The notes: generated by a model from the letters alone, not told the origin. Counted from the first letter of the stretch, positions 1 to 14,258 are shown. The stretch: DNA of 64,000 nt from Auanema rhodensis (GCA_964057225.1 OZ059898.1:18414001-18478000), one strand, 5' to 3'. A program made the numbers and translations.

Positions 1-2879
1 GTGCAATTATTCTAAAATTTTTCGGGAAAATTTTTGTCAAAATGTTTTTGGAAGCAATGTTGAGTGTACATGGAAACTCAAAATACACTAATGCATCCTT
101 TTTCAAACGATCATAACTAATTTCTGTAGTGGGCATTTTTCAATGTAGTATAGTGCTTTCGATGCGGATTTTTAAGCTGCGTCGATCTGTGTTATCAGAT
201 TTGCGCTAGCTTAAAAATGCACCGAGATATCAACTGATATAAGTTCACACTTATATCCTCGATTTTCACCCTGAAGAATTAATTTTTTCGTTGAATAACA
301 TTGTCCATCGTCTTTGCCTTGAAAAAAGGAATCTAAAAACATCTACTTTTTGCTAAATTATTTTGAAATTTTTCGAAAAAATTTTTGTCAAAATGTTTTT
401 GGAAGCAAGGTTGAGTGTACATGGAAACTCAACATACACTAATGCATTATTTTTCAAACGATCATAACTAATTTTTGTATTAAGCGTTTCTCAATGTAGT
501 ATAGTGCATTCGATGCGGATTTTCAAGCTGCGTCGATCTGTGTTATCAGATTTGCGCTAGCTTAAAAATGCACCGAGATATCAACTGATATAAGTTCACA
601 CTTATATCCTCGATTTTCACCCTGAAGAATTAATTTTTTCGTTGAATAACATTGTCCATCGTCTTTGCCTCGAAAAACGAAATCTGAAAACATCTACTTT
701 TTGCTAAATTATTTTGAAATTTTTCGAAAAAATTTTTGTCAAAATGTTTTTGGAAGCAATGTTGAGTGTACATGGAAACTCAACATACACTAATGCATCA
801 TTTTTCAAACGATCATAACTAATTTTTGTATCGAAGATTTCTCACTGTAATATAGTGCTTTTGATGCGGATTTTTAAGCTGCGTCGATCTGTGTTATCAG
901 ATTTGCCCTTGCTTAAAAATGCACCGAGAAATCAACTGATATAAGTTCACACTTATATCCTCGATTTTCACCCTGAAGAATTAATTTTTTCGTTGAATAA
1001 CATTGTCCATCGTCTTTGCCTTGTAAAAAGGAATCTAAAAACATCTACTTTTTGTGCAATTATTTTAAAATTTTTCGGGAAAATTTTTGTCAAAATGTTT
1101 TTGGAAGCAATGTTGAATGTACATGGAAACTCAAAATACACTAATGCATCATTTATCAAACGATCATAACTAATTTTCGTATCAAGCGTTTCCCAATGTA
1201 GTATAGTGCATTCGATGCGGATTTTTAAGCTGCGTCGATCTGTGTTATCAGATTTGCGCTAGCTTAAAAATGCACCGAGATATCAACTGATATAAGTTCA
1301 CACTTATATCCTCGATTTTCACCCTGAAAAATTAATTTTTTCGTTGAATAACATTGTCCATCGTCTTTGCCTTGAAAAAAGGAATCTAAAAACATCTACT
1401 TTTTGCTAAATTATTTTGAAATTTTTCGAAAAAATTTTTGTCAAAATGTTTTTGGAAGCAAGGTTGAGTGTACATGGAAACTCAACATACACTAAAGCAT
1501 TATTTTTCAAACGATCATAACTAATTTTTGTATTAAGCGTTTCTCAATGTAGTATAGTGCATTCGATGCGGATTTTTGAGCTGCGTCGATCTGTGTTATC
1601 AGATTTGCGCTAGCTTAAAAATACACCGAGATATCAACTGATATAAGTTCACACTTATATCCTCGATTTTCACCCTGAAGAATTAATTTTTTCGTTGAAT
1701 AACATTGTCCATCGTCTTTGCCTTGAAAAAAGGAATCTAAAAACATCTACTTTTTGCTAAATTATTTTGAAATTTTTCGAAAAAATTTTTGTCAAAATGT
1801 TTTTGGAAGCAATGTTGAGTGTACATGGAAACTCAAAATACACTAATGCATCATTTTTCAAACGATCATAACTAATTTTTGTATCAAGCGTTTCTCAATG
1901 TAGTATAGTGCATTCGATGCGGATTTTTAAGCTGCGTCGATCTGTGTTATCAGATTTGCGCTAGCTTAAAAATGCACCGAGATATCAACTGATATAAGTT
2001 CACACTTATATCCTCGATTTTCACCCTGAAGAATTAATTTTTTCGTTGAATAACATTGTCCATCGTCTTTGCCTTGAAAAAAGGAATCTAAAAACATCTA
2101 CTTTTTGCTAAATTATTTTGAAATTTTTCGAAAAAATTTTTGTCAAAATGTTTTTGGAAGCAAGGTTGAGTGTACATGGAAACTCAACATACACTAATGC
2201 ATTATTTTTCAAACGATCATAACTAATTTTTGTATTAAGCGTTTCTCAATGTAGTATAGTGCATTCGATGCGGATTTTCAAGCTGCGTCGATCTGTGTTA
2301 TCAGATTTGCGCTAGCTTAAAAATGCACCGAGATATCAACTGATATAAGTTCACACTTATATCCTCGATTTTCACCCTGAAGAATTAATTTTTTCGTTGA
2401 ATAACATTGTCCATCGTCTTTGCCTTGAAAAAAGGAATCTAAAAACATCTACTTTTTGTGCAATTATTCTAAAATTTTTCGGGAAAATTTTTGTCAAAAT
2501 GTTTTTGGAAGCAATGTTGAGTGTACATGGAAACTCAAAATACACTAATGCATCCTTTTTCAAACGATCATAACTAATTTCTGTAGTGGGCATTTTTCAA
2601 TGTAGTATAGTGCTTTCGATGCGGATTTTTAAGCTGCGTCGATCTGTGTTATCAGATTTGCGCTAGCTTAAAAATGCACCGAGATATCAACTGATATAAG
2701 TTCACACTTATATCCTCGATTTTCACCCTGAAGAATTAATTTTTTCGTTGAATAACATTGTCCATCGTCTTTGCCTTGAAAAAAGGAATCTAAAAACATC
2801 TACTTTTTGCTAAATTATTTTGAAATTTTTCGAAAAAATTTTTGTCAAAATGTTTTTGGAAGCAAGGTTGAGTGTACAT

Positions 2880-5800
2880 GGAAACTCAACATACACTAAT
2901 GCATTATTTTTCAAACGATCATAACTAATTTTTGTATTAAGCGTTTCTCAATGTAGTATAGTGCATTCGATGCGGATTTTCAAGCTGCGTCGATCTGTGT
3001 TATCAGATTTGCGCTAGCTTAAAAATGCACCGAGATATCAACTGATATAAGTTCACACTTATATCCTCGATTTTCACCCTGAAGAATTAATTTTTTCGTT
3101 GAATAACATTGTCCATCGTCTTTGCCTTGAAAAAAGGAATCTAAAAACATCTACTTTTTGTGCAATTATTCTAAAATTTTTCGGGAAAATTTTTGTCAAA
3201 ATGTTTTTGGAAGCAATGTTGAGTGTACATGGAAACTCAAAATACACTAATGCATCCTTTTTCAAACGATCATAACTAATTTCTGTAGTGGGCATTTTTC
3301 AATGTAGTATAGTGCTTTCGATGCGGATTTTTAAGCTGCGTCGATCTGTGTTATCAGATTTGCGCTAGCTTAAAAATGCACCGAGATATCAACTGATATA
3401 AGTTCACACTTATATCCTCGATTTTCACCCTGAAGAATTAATTTTTTCGTTGAATAACATTGTCCATCGTCTTTGCCTTGAAAAAAGGAATCTAAAAACA
3501 TCTACTTTTTGCTAAATTATTTTGAAATTTTTCGAAAAAATTTTTGTCAAAATGTTTTTGGAAGCAATGTTGAGTGTACATGGAAACTCAAAATACACTA
3601 ATGCATCATTTTTCAAACGATCATAACTAATTTTTGTATCAAGCGTTTCTCAATGTAGTATAGTGCATTCGATGCGGATTTTTAAGCTGCGTCGATCTGT
3701 GTTATCAGATTTGCGCTAGCTTAAAAATGCACCGAGATATCAACTGATATAAGTTCACACTTATATCCTCGATTTTCACCCTGAAGAATTAATTTTTTCG
3801 TTGAATAACATTGTCCATCGTCTTTGCCTTGAAAAAAGGAATCTAAAAACATCTACTTTTCGCTAAATTATTTTGAAATTTTTCGAAAAAATTTTTGTCA
3901 AAATGTTTTTGGAAGCAAGGTTGAGTGTACATGGAAACTCAACATACACTAATGCATTATTTTTCAAACGATCATAACTAATTTTTGTATTAAGCGTTTC
4001 TCAATGTAGTATAGTGCATTCGATGCGGATTTTCAAGCTGCGTCGATCTGTGTTATCAGATTTGCGCTAGCTTAAAAATGCACCGAGATATCAACTGATA
4101 TAAGTTCACACTTATATCCTCGATTTTCACCCTGAAGAATTAATTTTTTCGTTGAATAACATTGTCCATCGTCTTTGCCTTGAAAAAAGGAATCTAAAAA
4201 CATCTACTTTTTGTGCAATTATTCTAAAATTTTTCGGGAAAATTTTTGTCAAAATGTTTTTGGAAGCAATGTTGAGTGTACATGGAAACTCAAAATACAC
4301 TAATGCATCCTTTTTCAAACGATCATAACTAATTTCTGTAGTGGGCATTTTTCAATGTAGTATAGTGCTTTCGATGCGGATTTTTAAGCTGCGTCGATCT
4401 GTGTTATCAGATTTGCGCTAGCTTAAAAATGCACCGAGATATCAACTGATATAAGTTCACACTTATATCCTCGATTTTCACCCTGAAGAATTAATTTTTT
4501 CGTTGAATAACATTGTCCATCGTCTTTGCCTTGAAAAAAGGAATCTAAAAACATCTACTTTTTGCTAAATTATTTTGAAATTTTTCGAAAAAATTTTTGT
4601 CAAAATGTTTTTGGAAGCAATGTTGAGTGTACATGGAAACTCAAAATACACTAATGCATCATTTTTCAAACGATCATAACTAATTTTTGTATCAAGCGTT
4701 TCTCAATGTAGTATAGTGCATTCGATGCGGATTTTTAAGCTGCGTCGATCTGTGTTATCAGATTTGCGCTAGCTTAAAAATGCACCGAGATATCAACTGA
4801 TATAAGTTCACACTTATATCCTCGATTTTCACCCTGAAGAATTAATTTTTTCGTTGAATAACATTGTCCATCGTCTTTGCCTTGAAAAAAGGAATCTAAA
4901 AACATCTACTTTTTGCTAAATTATTTTGAAATTTTTCGAAAAAATTTTTGTCAAAATGTTTTTGGAAGCAATGTTGAGTGTACATGGAAACTCAACATAC
5001 ACTAATGCATTATTTTTCAAACGATCATAACTAATTTTTGTATCGAAGATTTCTCACTGTAATATAGTGCTTTTGATGCGGATTTTTAAGCTGCGTCGAT
5101 CTGTGTTATCAGATTTGCGCTAGCTTAAAAATGCACCGAGATATCAACTGATATAAGTTCACACTTATATCCTCGATTTTCACCCTGAAGAATTAATTTT
5201 TTCGTTGAATAACATTGTCCATCGTCTTTGCCTTGAAAAAAGGAATCTAAAAACATCTACTTTTTGCTAAATTATTTTGAAATTTTTCGAAAAAATTTTT
5301 GTCAAAATGTTTTTGGAAGCAATGTTGAGTGTACATGGAAACTCAACATACACTAATGCATTATTTTTCAAACGATCATAACTAATTTTTGTATCAAGCG
5401 TTTCTCAATGTAGTATAGTGCATTCGATGCGGATTTTCAAGCTGCGTCGATCTGTGTTATCAGATTTGCGCTAGCTTAAAAATGCACCGAGATATCAACT
5501 GATATAAGTTCACACTTATATCCTCGATTTTCACCCTGAAGAATTAATTTTTTCGTTGAATAACATTGTCCATCGTCTTTGCCTTGAAAAAAGGAATCTA
5601 AAAACATCTACTTTTTGTGCAATTATTCTAAAATTTTTCGGGAAAATTTTTGTCAAAATGTTTTTGGAAGCAATGTTGAGTGTACATGGAAACTCAAAAT
5701 ACACTAATGCATCCTTTTTCAAACGATCATAACTAATTTCTGTAGTGGGCATTTTTCAATGTAGTATAGTGCTTTCGATGCGGATTTTTAAGCTGCGTCG

Positions 5801-8800
5801 ATCTGTGTTATCAGATTTGCGCTAGCTTAAAAATGCACCGAGATATCAACTGATATAAGTTCACACTTATATCCTCGATTTTCACCCTTAAGAATTAATT
5901 TTTTCGTTGAATAACATTGTCCATCGTCTTTGCCTTGAAAAAAGGAATCTAAAAACATCTACTTTTTGCTAAATTATTTTGAAATTTTTCGAAAAAATTT
6001 TTGTCAAAATGTTTTTGGAAGCAATGTTGAGTGTACATGGAAACTCAAAATACACTAATGCATCATTTTTCAAACGATCATAACTAATTTTTGTATCAAG
6101 CGTTTCTCAATGTAGTATAGTGCATTCGATGCGGATTTTTAAGCTGCGTCGATCTGTGTTATCAGATTTGCGCTAGCTTAAAAATGCACCGAGATATCAA
6201 CTGATATAAGTTCACACTTATATCCTCGATTTTCACCCTGAAGAATTAATTTTTTCGTTGAATAACATTGTCCATCGTCTTTGCCTTGAAAAAAGGAATC
6301 TAAAAACATCTACTTTTTGCTAAATTATTTTGAAATTTTTCGAAAAAATTTTTGTCAAAATGTTTTTGGAAGCAATGTTGAGTGTACATGGAAACTCAAC
6401 ATACACTAATGCATTATTTTTCAAACGATCATAACTAATTTTTGTATTAAGCGTTTCTCAATGTAGTATAGTGCATTCGATGCGGATTTTCAAGCTGCGT
6501 CGATCTGTGTTATCAGATTTGCGCTAGCTTAAAAATGCACCGAGATATCAACTGATATAAGTTCACACTTATATCCTCGATTTTCACCCTGAAGAATTAA
6601 TTTTTTCGTTGAATAACATTGTCCATCGTCTTTGCCTTGAAAAAAGGAATCTAAAAACATCTACTTTTTGTGCAATTATTCTAAAATTTTTCGGGAAAAT
6701 TTTTGTCAAAATGTTTTTGGAAGCAATGTTGAGTGTACATGGAAACTCAAAATACACTAATGCATCCTTTTTCAAACGATCATAACTAATTTCTGTAGTG
6801 GGCATTTTTCAATGTAGTATAGTGCTTTCGATGCGGATTTTTAAGCTGCGTCGATCTGTGTTATCAGATTTGCGCTAGCTTAAAAATGCACCGAGATATC
6901 AACTGATATAAGTTCACACTTATATCCTCGATTTTCACCCTGAAGAATTAATTTTTTCGTTGAATAACATTGTCCATCGTCTTTGCCTTGAAAAAAGGAA
7001 TCTAAAAACATCTACTTTTTGCTAAATTATTTTGAAATTTTTCGAAAAAATTTTTGTCAAAATGTTTTTGGAAGCAATGTTGAGTGTACATGGAAACTCA
7101 AAATACACTAATGCATCATTTTTCAAACGATCATAACTAATTTTTGTATCAAGCGTTTCTCAATGTAGTATAGTGCATTCGATGCGGATTTTTAAGCTGC
7201 GTCGATCTGTGTTATCAGATTTGCGCTAGCTTAAAAATGCACCGAGATATCAACTGATATAAGTTCACACTTATATCCTCGATTTTCACCCTGAAGAATT
7301 AATTTTTTCGTTGAATAACATTGTCCATCGTCTTTGCCTTGAAAAAAGGAATCTAAAAACATCTACTTTTTGCTAAATTATTTTGAAATTTTTCGAAAAA
7401 ATTTTTGTCAAAATGTTTTTGGAAGCAAGGTTGAGTGTACATGGAAACTCAACATACACTAATGCATTATTTTTCAAACGATCATAACTAATTTTCGTAT
7501 TAAGCGTTTCTCAATGTAGTATAGTGCATTCGATGCGGATTTTCAAGCTGCGTCGATCTGTGTTATCAGATTTGCGCTAGCTTAAAAATGCACCGAGATA
7601 TCAACTGATATAAGTTCACACTTATATCCTCGATTTTCACCCTGAAGAATTAATTTTTTCGTTGAATAACATTGTCCATCGTCTTTGCCTTGAAAAAAGG
7701 AATCTAAAAACATCTACTTTTTGTGCAATTATTCTAAAATTTTTCGGGAAAATTTTTGTCAAAATGTTTTTGGAAGCAATGTTGAGTGTACATGGAAACT
7801 CAAAATACACTAATGCATCCTTTTTCAAACGATCATAACTAATTTCTGTAGTGGGCATTTTTCAATGTAGTATAGTGCTTTCGATGCGGATTTTTAAGCT
7901 GCGTCGATCTGTGTTATCAGATTTGCGCTAGCTTAAAAATGCACCGAGATATCAACTGATATAAGTTCACACTTATATCCTCGATTTTCACCCTGAAGAA
8001 TTAATTTTTTCGTTGAATAACATTGTCCATCGTCTTTGCCTTGAAAAAAGGAATCTAAAAACATCTACTTTTTGCTAAATTATTTTGAAATTTTTCGAAA
8101 AAATTTTTGTCAAAATGTTTTTGGAAGCAATGTTGAGTGTACATGGAAACTCAAAATACACTAATGCATCATTTTTCAAACGATCATAACTAATTTTTGT
8201 ATCAAGCGTTTCTCAATGTAGTATAGTGCATTCGATGCGGATTTTTAAGCTGCGTCGATCTGTGTTATCAGATTTGCGCTAGCTTAAAAATGCACCGAGA
8301 TATCAACTGATATAAGTTCACACTTATATCCTCGATTTTCACCCTGAAGAATTAATTTTTTCGTTGAATAACATTGTCCATCGTCTTTGCCTTGAAAAAA
8401 GGAATCTAAAAACATCTACTTTTTGCTAAATTATTTTGAAATTTTTCGAAAAAATTTTTGTCAAAATGTTTTTGGAAGCAATGTTGAGTGTACATGGAAA
8501 CTCAACATACACTAATGCATTATTTTTCAAACGATCATAACTAATTTTTGTATCGAAGATTTCTCACTGTAATATAGTGCTTTTGATGCGGATTTTTAAG
8601 CTGCGTCGATCTGTGTTATCAGATTTGCGCTAGCTTAAAAATGCACCGAGATATCAACTGATATAAGTTCACACTTATATCCTCGATTTTCACCCTGAAG
8701 AATTAATTTTTTCGTTGAATAACATTGTCCATCGTCTTTGCCTTGAAAAAAGGAATCTAAAAACATCTACTTTTTGCTAAATTATTTTGAAATTTTTCGA

Positions 8801-9032
8801 AAAAATTTTTGTCAAAATGTTTTTGGAAGCAATGTTGAGTGTACATGGAAACTCAACATACACTAATGCATTATTTTTCAAACGATCATAACTAATTTTT
8901 GTATCAAGCGTTTCTCAATGTAGTATAGTGCATTCGATGCGGATTTTCAAGCTGCGTCGATCTGTGTTATCAGATTTGCGCTAGCTTAAAAATGCACCGA
9001 GATATCAACTGATATAAGTTCACACTTATATC
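2880..9032 (-). repeat. Local higher-order structure in SatA(-): 2/3/4-mer cassettes with a 3510-bp (10-monomer) period; second copy incomplete
   Basis: The ctgtagtgggc variant monomer is spaced 2,3,4,3,3 monomers apart. The tatcgaagat variant is at 5041 and 8551. The pairs 3160/6670 and 4213/7723 are also 3510 apart. The left boundary is approximate. Confidence 0.8.
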
Positions 9033-9048
9033 AGTTGATATCTCGGTG
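8995..9048. repeat. Perfect inverted repeat with 25-bp arms and a 4-nt loop
   Basis: caccgagatatcaactgatataagt (8995-9019), then tcac, then acttatatcagttgatatctcggtg (9024-9048). Confidence 0.97.
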
Positions 9049-9116
9049 AATAAAAAAAAAAAAAAAATGCACCGAGATATCAACTGATATAAGTTCACAC
9101 TCACTTATGTTCACAC
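9033..9116. other. 84-bp complex insertion of locally templated pieces plus A16, between two copies of a 67-bp SatA segment
   Basis: It contains a fold-back copy (9033-9048), aat plus A16 (9052-9067), a re-copy tgcaccgagat...ttcacact (9068-9101) and fragments cacttat/gttcacac (9102-9116). 8966-9032 is repeated at 9117-9183, shifting the array register by +151 bp. Confidence 0.93.
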
Positions 9117-12100
9117 GTTATCAGATTTGCGCTAGCTTAAAAATGCACCGAGATATCAACTGATATAAGTTCACACTTATATCCTCGATTTTCACCCTGA
9201 AGAATTAATTTTTTCGTTGAATAACATTGTCCATCGTCTTTGCCTTGAAAAAAGGAATCTAAAAACATCTACTTTTTGCTAAATTATTTTGAAATTTTTC
9301 GAAAAAATTTTTGTCAAAATGTTTTTGGAAGCAAGGTTGAGTGTACATGGAAACTCAACATACACTAATGCATTATTTTTCAAACGATCATAACTAATTT
9401 TTGTATTAAGCGTTTCTCAATGTAGTATAGTGCATTCGATGCGGATTTTCAAGCTGCGTCGATCTGTGTTATCAGATTTGCGCTAGCTTAAAAATGCACC
9501 GAGATATCAACTGATATAAGTTCACACTTATATCCTCGATTTTCACCCTGAAGAATTAATTTTTTCGTTGAATAACATTGTCCATCGTCTTTGCCTCGAA
9601 AAACGAAATCTGAAAACATCTACTTTTTGCTAAATTATTTTGAAATTTTTCGAAAAAATTTTTGTCAAAATGTTTTTGGAAGCAATGTTGAGTGTACATG
9701 GAAACTCAACATACACTAATGCATCATTTTTCAAACGATCACAACTAATTTTTGTATAAAGCGTTTCTCAATGTAGTATAGTGCATTCGATGCGGATTTG
9801 TAAGCTGCGTCGATCTGTGTTATCAGATTTGCGCTAGCTTAAAAATGCACCGAGATATCAACTGATATAAGTTCACACTTATATCCTTGATTTTCACCCT
9901 GAAGAATTAATTTTTTCGTTGAATAACATTGTCCATCGTCTTTGCCTTGAAAAAAGGAATCTAAAAACATTTACTTTTTGCTAAATTATTTTGAAATTTT
10001 TCGAAAAAATTTTTGTCAAAATGTTTTTGGAAGCAATGTTGAGTGTACATGGAAACTCAACATACACTAATGCATCATTTTTCAAACGATCATAACTAAT
10101 TTTTGTATCGAAGATTTCTCACTGTAATATAGTGCTTTTGATGCGGATTTTTAAGCTGCGTCGATCTGTGTTATCAGATTTGCCCTTGCTTAAAAATGCA
10201 CCGAGAAATCAACTGATATAAGTTCACACTTATATCCTCGATTTTCACCCTGAAGAATTAATTTTTTCGTTGAATAACATTGTCCATCGTCTTTGCCTTA
10301 AAAAAAGAATTCAAAAACATCTACTTTTTGTGCAATTATTCTAAAATTTTTCGGGAAAATTTTTGTCAAAATGTTTTTGGAAGCAATGTTGAGTGTACAT
10401 GGAAACTCAAAATACACTAATGCATCATTTTTCAAACGATCATAACTAATTTTTGTATCAAGCGTTTCTCAATGTAGTATAGTGCATTCGATGCGGATTT
10501 TTAAGCTGCGTCGATCTGTGTTATCAGATTTGCGCTAGCTTGAAAATGCACCGAGATATCAACTGATATAAGTTCACACTTATATCCTCGCTTTTCACCC
10601 TGAAGAATTAATTTTTTCGTTGAATAACATTGTCCATCGTTTTTGCCTTGAAAAAAGGAATCTAAAAACAGCTACTTTTTGCTAAATTATTTTGAAATTT
10701 TTCGAAAAAATTTTTGTCAAAATGTTTTTGGATGCAATGTTGAGTGTACATGGAAACTCAAAATACACTAATGCATCATTTTTCAAACGATCATAACTAA
10801 TTTTTGTATCAAGCGTTTCTCAATGTAGTATAGTGCATTCGATGCGGATTTTTAAGCTGCATCGATCTGTGTTATCAGATTTGCGCTAGCTTAAAAATGC
10901 ACCGAGATATCAACTGATATAAGTTCACACTTATATCCTCGCTTTTCACCCTGAAGAATTAATTTTTTCGTTGAATAACATTGTCCATCGTTTTTGCCTT
11001 GAAAAAAGGAATCTAAAAACAGCTACTTTTTGCTAAATTATTTTGAAATTTTTCGAAAAAATTTTTGTCAAAATGTTTTTGGATGCAATGTTGAGTGTAC
11101 ATGGAAACTCAAAATACACTAATGCATCATTTTTCAAACGATCATAACTAATTTTTGTATCAAGCGTTTCTCAATGTAGTATAGTGCATTCGATGCGGAT
11201 TTTTAAGCTGCATCGATCTGTGTTATCAGATTTGCGCTAGCTTAAAAATGCACCGAGATATCAACTGATATAAGTTCACACTTATATCCTCGCTTTTCAC
11301 CCTGAAGAATTAATTTTTTCGTTGAATAACATTGTCCATCGTTTTTGCCTTGAAAAAAGAAATCTAAAAACAGCTACTTTTTGCTAAATTATTTTGAAAT
11401 TTTTCGAAAAAATTTTTGTCAAAATGTTTTTGGAAGCAATGTTGAGTGTACATGGAAACTCAAAATACACTAATGCATCATTTTTCAAACGATCATAACT
11501 AATTTTTGTATCAAGCGTTTCTCAATGTAGTATAGTGCATCGATGCGGATTTTTAAGCTTATCAGATTTGCGCTAGCTTAAAAATGCACCGAGATATCAA
11601 CTGATATAAGTTCACACTTATATCCTCGATTTTCACCCTGAAGAATTAATTTTTTCGTTGAATAACATTGTCTATCGTCTTTGCCTTAAAAAAAGAATTC
11701 AAAAACATCTACTTTTTGTGCAATTATTCTAAAATTTTTCGGGAAAATTTTTGTCAAAATGTTTTTGGAAGCAATGTTGAGTGTACATGGAAACTCAAAA
11801 TACACTAATGCATCATTTTTCAAACGATCATAACTAATTTTTGTATCAAGCGTTTCTCAATGTAGTATAGTGCATTCGATGCGGATTTTTAAGCTGCGTC
11901 GATCTGTGTTATCAGATTTGCGCTAGCTTAAAAATGCACCGAGATATCAACTGATATAAGTTCACACTTATATCCTCGCTTTTCACCCTGAAGAATTAAT
12001 TTTTTCGTTGAATAACATTGTCTATCGTTTTTGCCTTGAAAAAAGGAATCTAAAAACAGCTACTTTTTGCTAAATTATTTTGAAATTCTTCGAAAAAATT

Positions 12101-13385
12101 TTTGTCAAAATGTTTTTGGAAGCAATGTTGAGTGTACATGGAAACTCAACATACACTAATGCATCATTTTTCAAACGATCATAACTAATTTTTGTATCAA
12201 GCGTTTCTCAATGTAGTATAGTGCATTCGATGCGGATTTTTAAGCTTATCAGATTTGCGCTAGCTTAAAAATGCACCGAGATATCAACTGATATAAGTTC
12301 ACACTTATATCCTCGATTTTCACCCTGAAGAATTAATTTTTTCGTTGAATAACATTGTCCATCGTCTTTGCCTTGAAAAAAGAATTTAAAAACATCTACT
12401 TTTTGTGCAATTATTCTAAAATTTTTCGGGAAAATTTTTGTCAAAATGTTTTTGAAGCAATGTTGAGTGTACATGGAAACTCAACATACACTAATGCATC
12501 CTTTTTCAAACGATCATAACTAATTTCTGTAGTGGGCATTTTTCAATGTAGTATAGTGCTTTCGATGCGGATTTTTAAGCTGCGTCGATCTGTGTTATCA
12601 GATTTGCGCTAGCTTAAAAATGCACCGAGATATCAACTGATATAAGTTCACACTTATATCCTCGATTTTCACCCTGAAGAATTAATTTTTTCGTTGAATA
12701 ACATAGTTCATCGTCTTTGCCTTAAAAAAAGAATTTAAAAACATCTACTTTTTGTGCAATTATTTTAAAATTTTCGGGAAAATTTTTGTCAAAATGTTTT
12801 TGGAAGCAATGTTGAGTGTACATGGAAACTCAACATACACTAATTCATCATTTTTCAAACGATCATGACTAATTTTTGTATCGAAGATTTCTCACTGTAA
12901 TATAGTGCTTTTGATGCGGATTTTTAAGCTGCGTCGATCTGTGTTATCAGATTTGCCCTTGCTTAAAAATGCACCGAGAAATCAACTGATATAAGTTCAC
13001 ACTTATATCCTCGATTTTCACCCTGAAGAATTAATTTTTTCGTTGAATAACATTGTCCATCGTCTTTGCCTTAAAAAAAGAATTCAAAAACATCTACTTT
13101 TTGTGCAATTATTCTAGAATTTTTCGGGAAAATTTTTGTCAAAATGTTTTTGGAAGCAATGTTGAGTGTACATGGAAACTCAAAATACACTAATGCATCA
13201 TTTTTCAAACGATCATAACTAATTTTTGTATCAAGCGTTTCTCAATGTAGTATAGTGCATTCGATGCGGATTTTTAAGCTGCATCGATCTGTGTTATCAG
13301 ATTTGCGCTAGCTTAGAAATGCACCGAGATATCAAGTGATAAAAGTTCACACTTATATCCTCGATTTTAACCCTGAAGAATTAAA

Positions 13386-14220
13386 TTATGAGATTTTTCA
13401 TCATCTTACAACAAATTCATTTAAATCTAACATGAATTGTTTTTTCGTTTTAAAAAGCATTGAATTTCATTGTTTCTGGTAATATTGGATTTGATTATTG
13501 CTTCGCTTGTTTTAAGATTTTGCTTCTGCATGTCCTGTGTTTACTGCTCTAGCTGGTTTTCACTTTTTATGAGATTTTTCATCATCTTACAACAAATTCA
13601 TTTAAATCTAACATGAATCACTTTTTCGTTTTAAAAAGCATTGAATTTCATTGTTTCTTGTAATATTGGATTTGATTATTGCTTCCTTTGTTTTAAGATT
13701 TTGCTTCTGCATAGCTTCAGTGCTCTAGCTGGTTTTCACTTTTTATGAGATTTTTCATCATCTTACAACAAATTCATTTAAATCTAACATGAATTATTTT
13801 TTCGTTTTAAAAAGCATTGAATTTCATTGTTCCTTGTAATATTGGATTTGATTATTGCTTCGTTTGTTTTAAGATTTTGCTCCTGCATAGCTTCAGTGCT
13901 CTAGCTGGTTTTCACTTTTTATGAGATTTTTCATCATCTTACAACAAATTCATTTAAATCTAATATGAATTATTTTTTCGTTTTAAAAAGCATTGAATCT
14001 CATTGTTTCTGGTAATATTGGATTTGATTATTGCTTCGCTTGTTTTAAGATTTTGCTTCTGCATGTCCTGTGTTTACTGCTCTAGCTGGTTTTCACTTTT
14101 TATGAGATTTTTCATCATCTTACAACAAATTCATTTAAATCTAACATGAATTATTTTCTCGTTTTAAAAAGCATTGAATTTCATTGTTTCTTGTAATATT
14201 GGATTTGATTATTGCTTCGT
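13386..14220 (-). repeat. SatB tandem satellite, reverse orientation, about 4.7 monomers (181, 176, 176, 181, partial)
   Basis: ttatgagatttttc occurs at 13386, 13567, 13743, 13919 and 14100. The sequence is the reverse complement of the 14259-17543 monomers. Confidence 0.97.
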
Positions 14221-14258
14221 ATTGCTTTGTTCATTTCTCTTATTTTTATTACTATTTG
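14221..14258. other. Filler sequence at the orientation switch (inversion junction)
   Basis: attgctttgttcatttctcttatttttattactatttg separates SatB(-) from SatB(+). The last 3-4 nt could belong to SatB(+). Confidence 0.9.

Larger units (their letters stand above)
1..13384 (-). repeat. SatA tandem satellite array, 351-bp monomer, about 38 copies, reverse orientation; runs off the left edge of the window
   Basis: Landmarks recur at multiples of 351 (gtgcaattattc at 1, 2458, 3160, 4213, 5617, 6670, 7723). The sequence is the reverse complement of the monomer at 17544-43683 and ends at ...ccctgaagaattaa (13384). Confidence 0.98.

Noticed and set aside
285-305. CENP-B box-like start (TTCGTTGAA) in SatA
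   Set aside because: It lacks the essential CGGG of NTTCGNNNNANNCGGGN.
9033-9116. Retroelement (SINE/LINE or processed transcript) insertion, suggested by A16 and the flanking duplication
   Set aside because: The insert consists of adjacent SatA sequence, the A-run is internal, and a 67-bp duplication is far longer than a typical target-site duplication.
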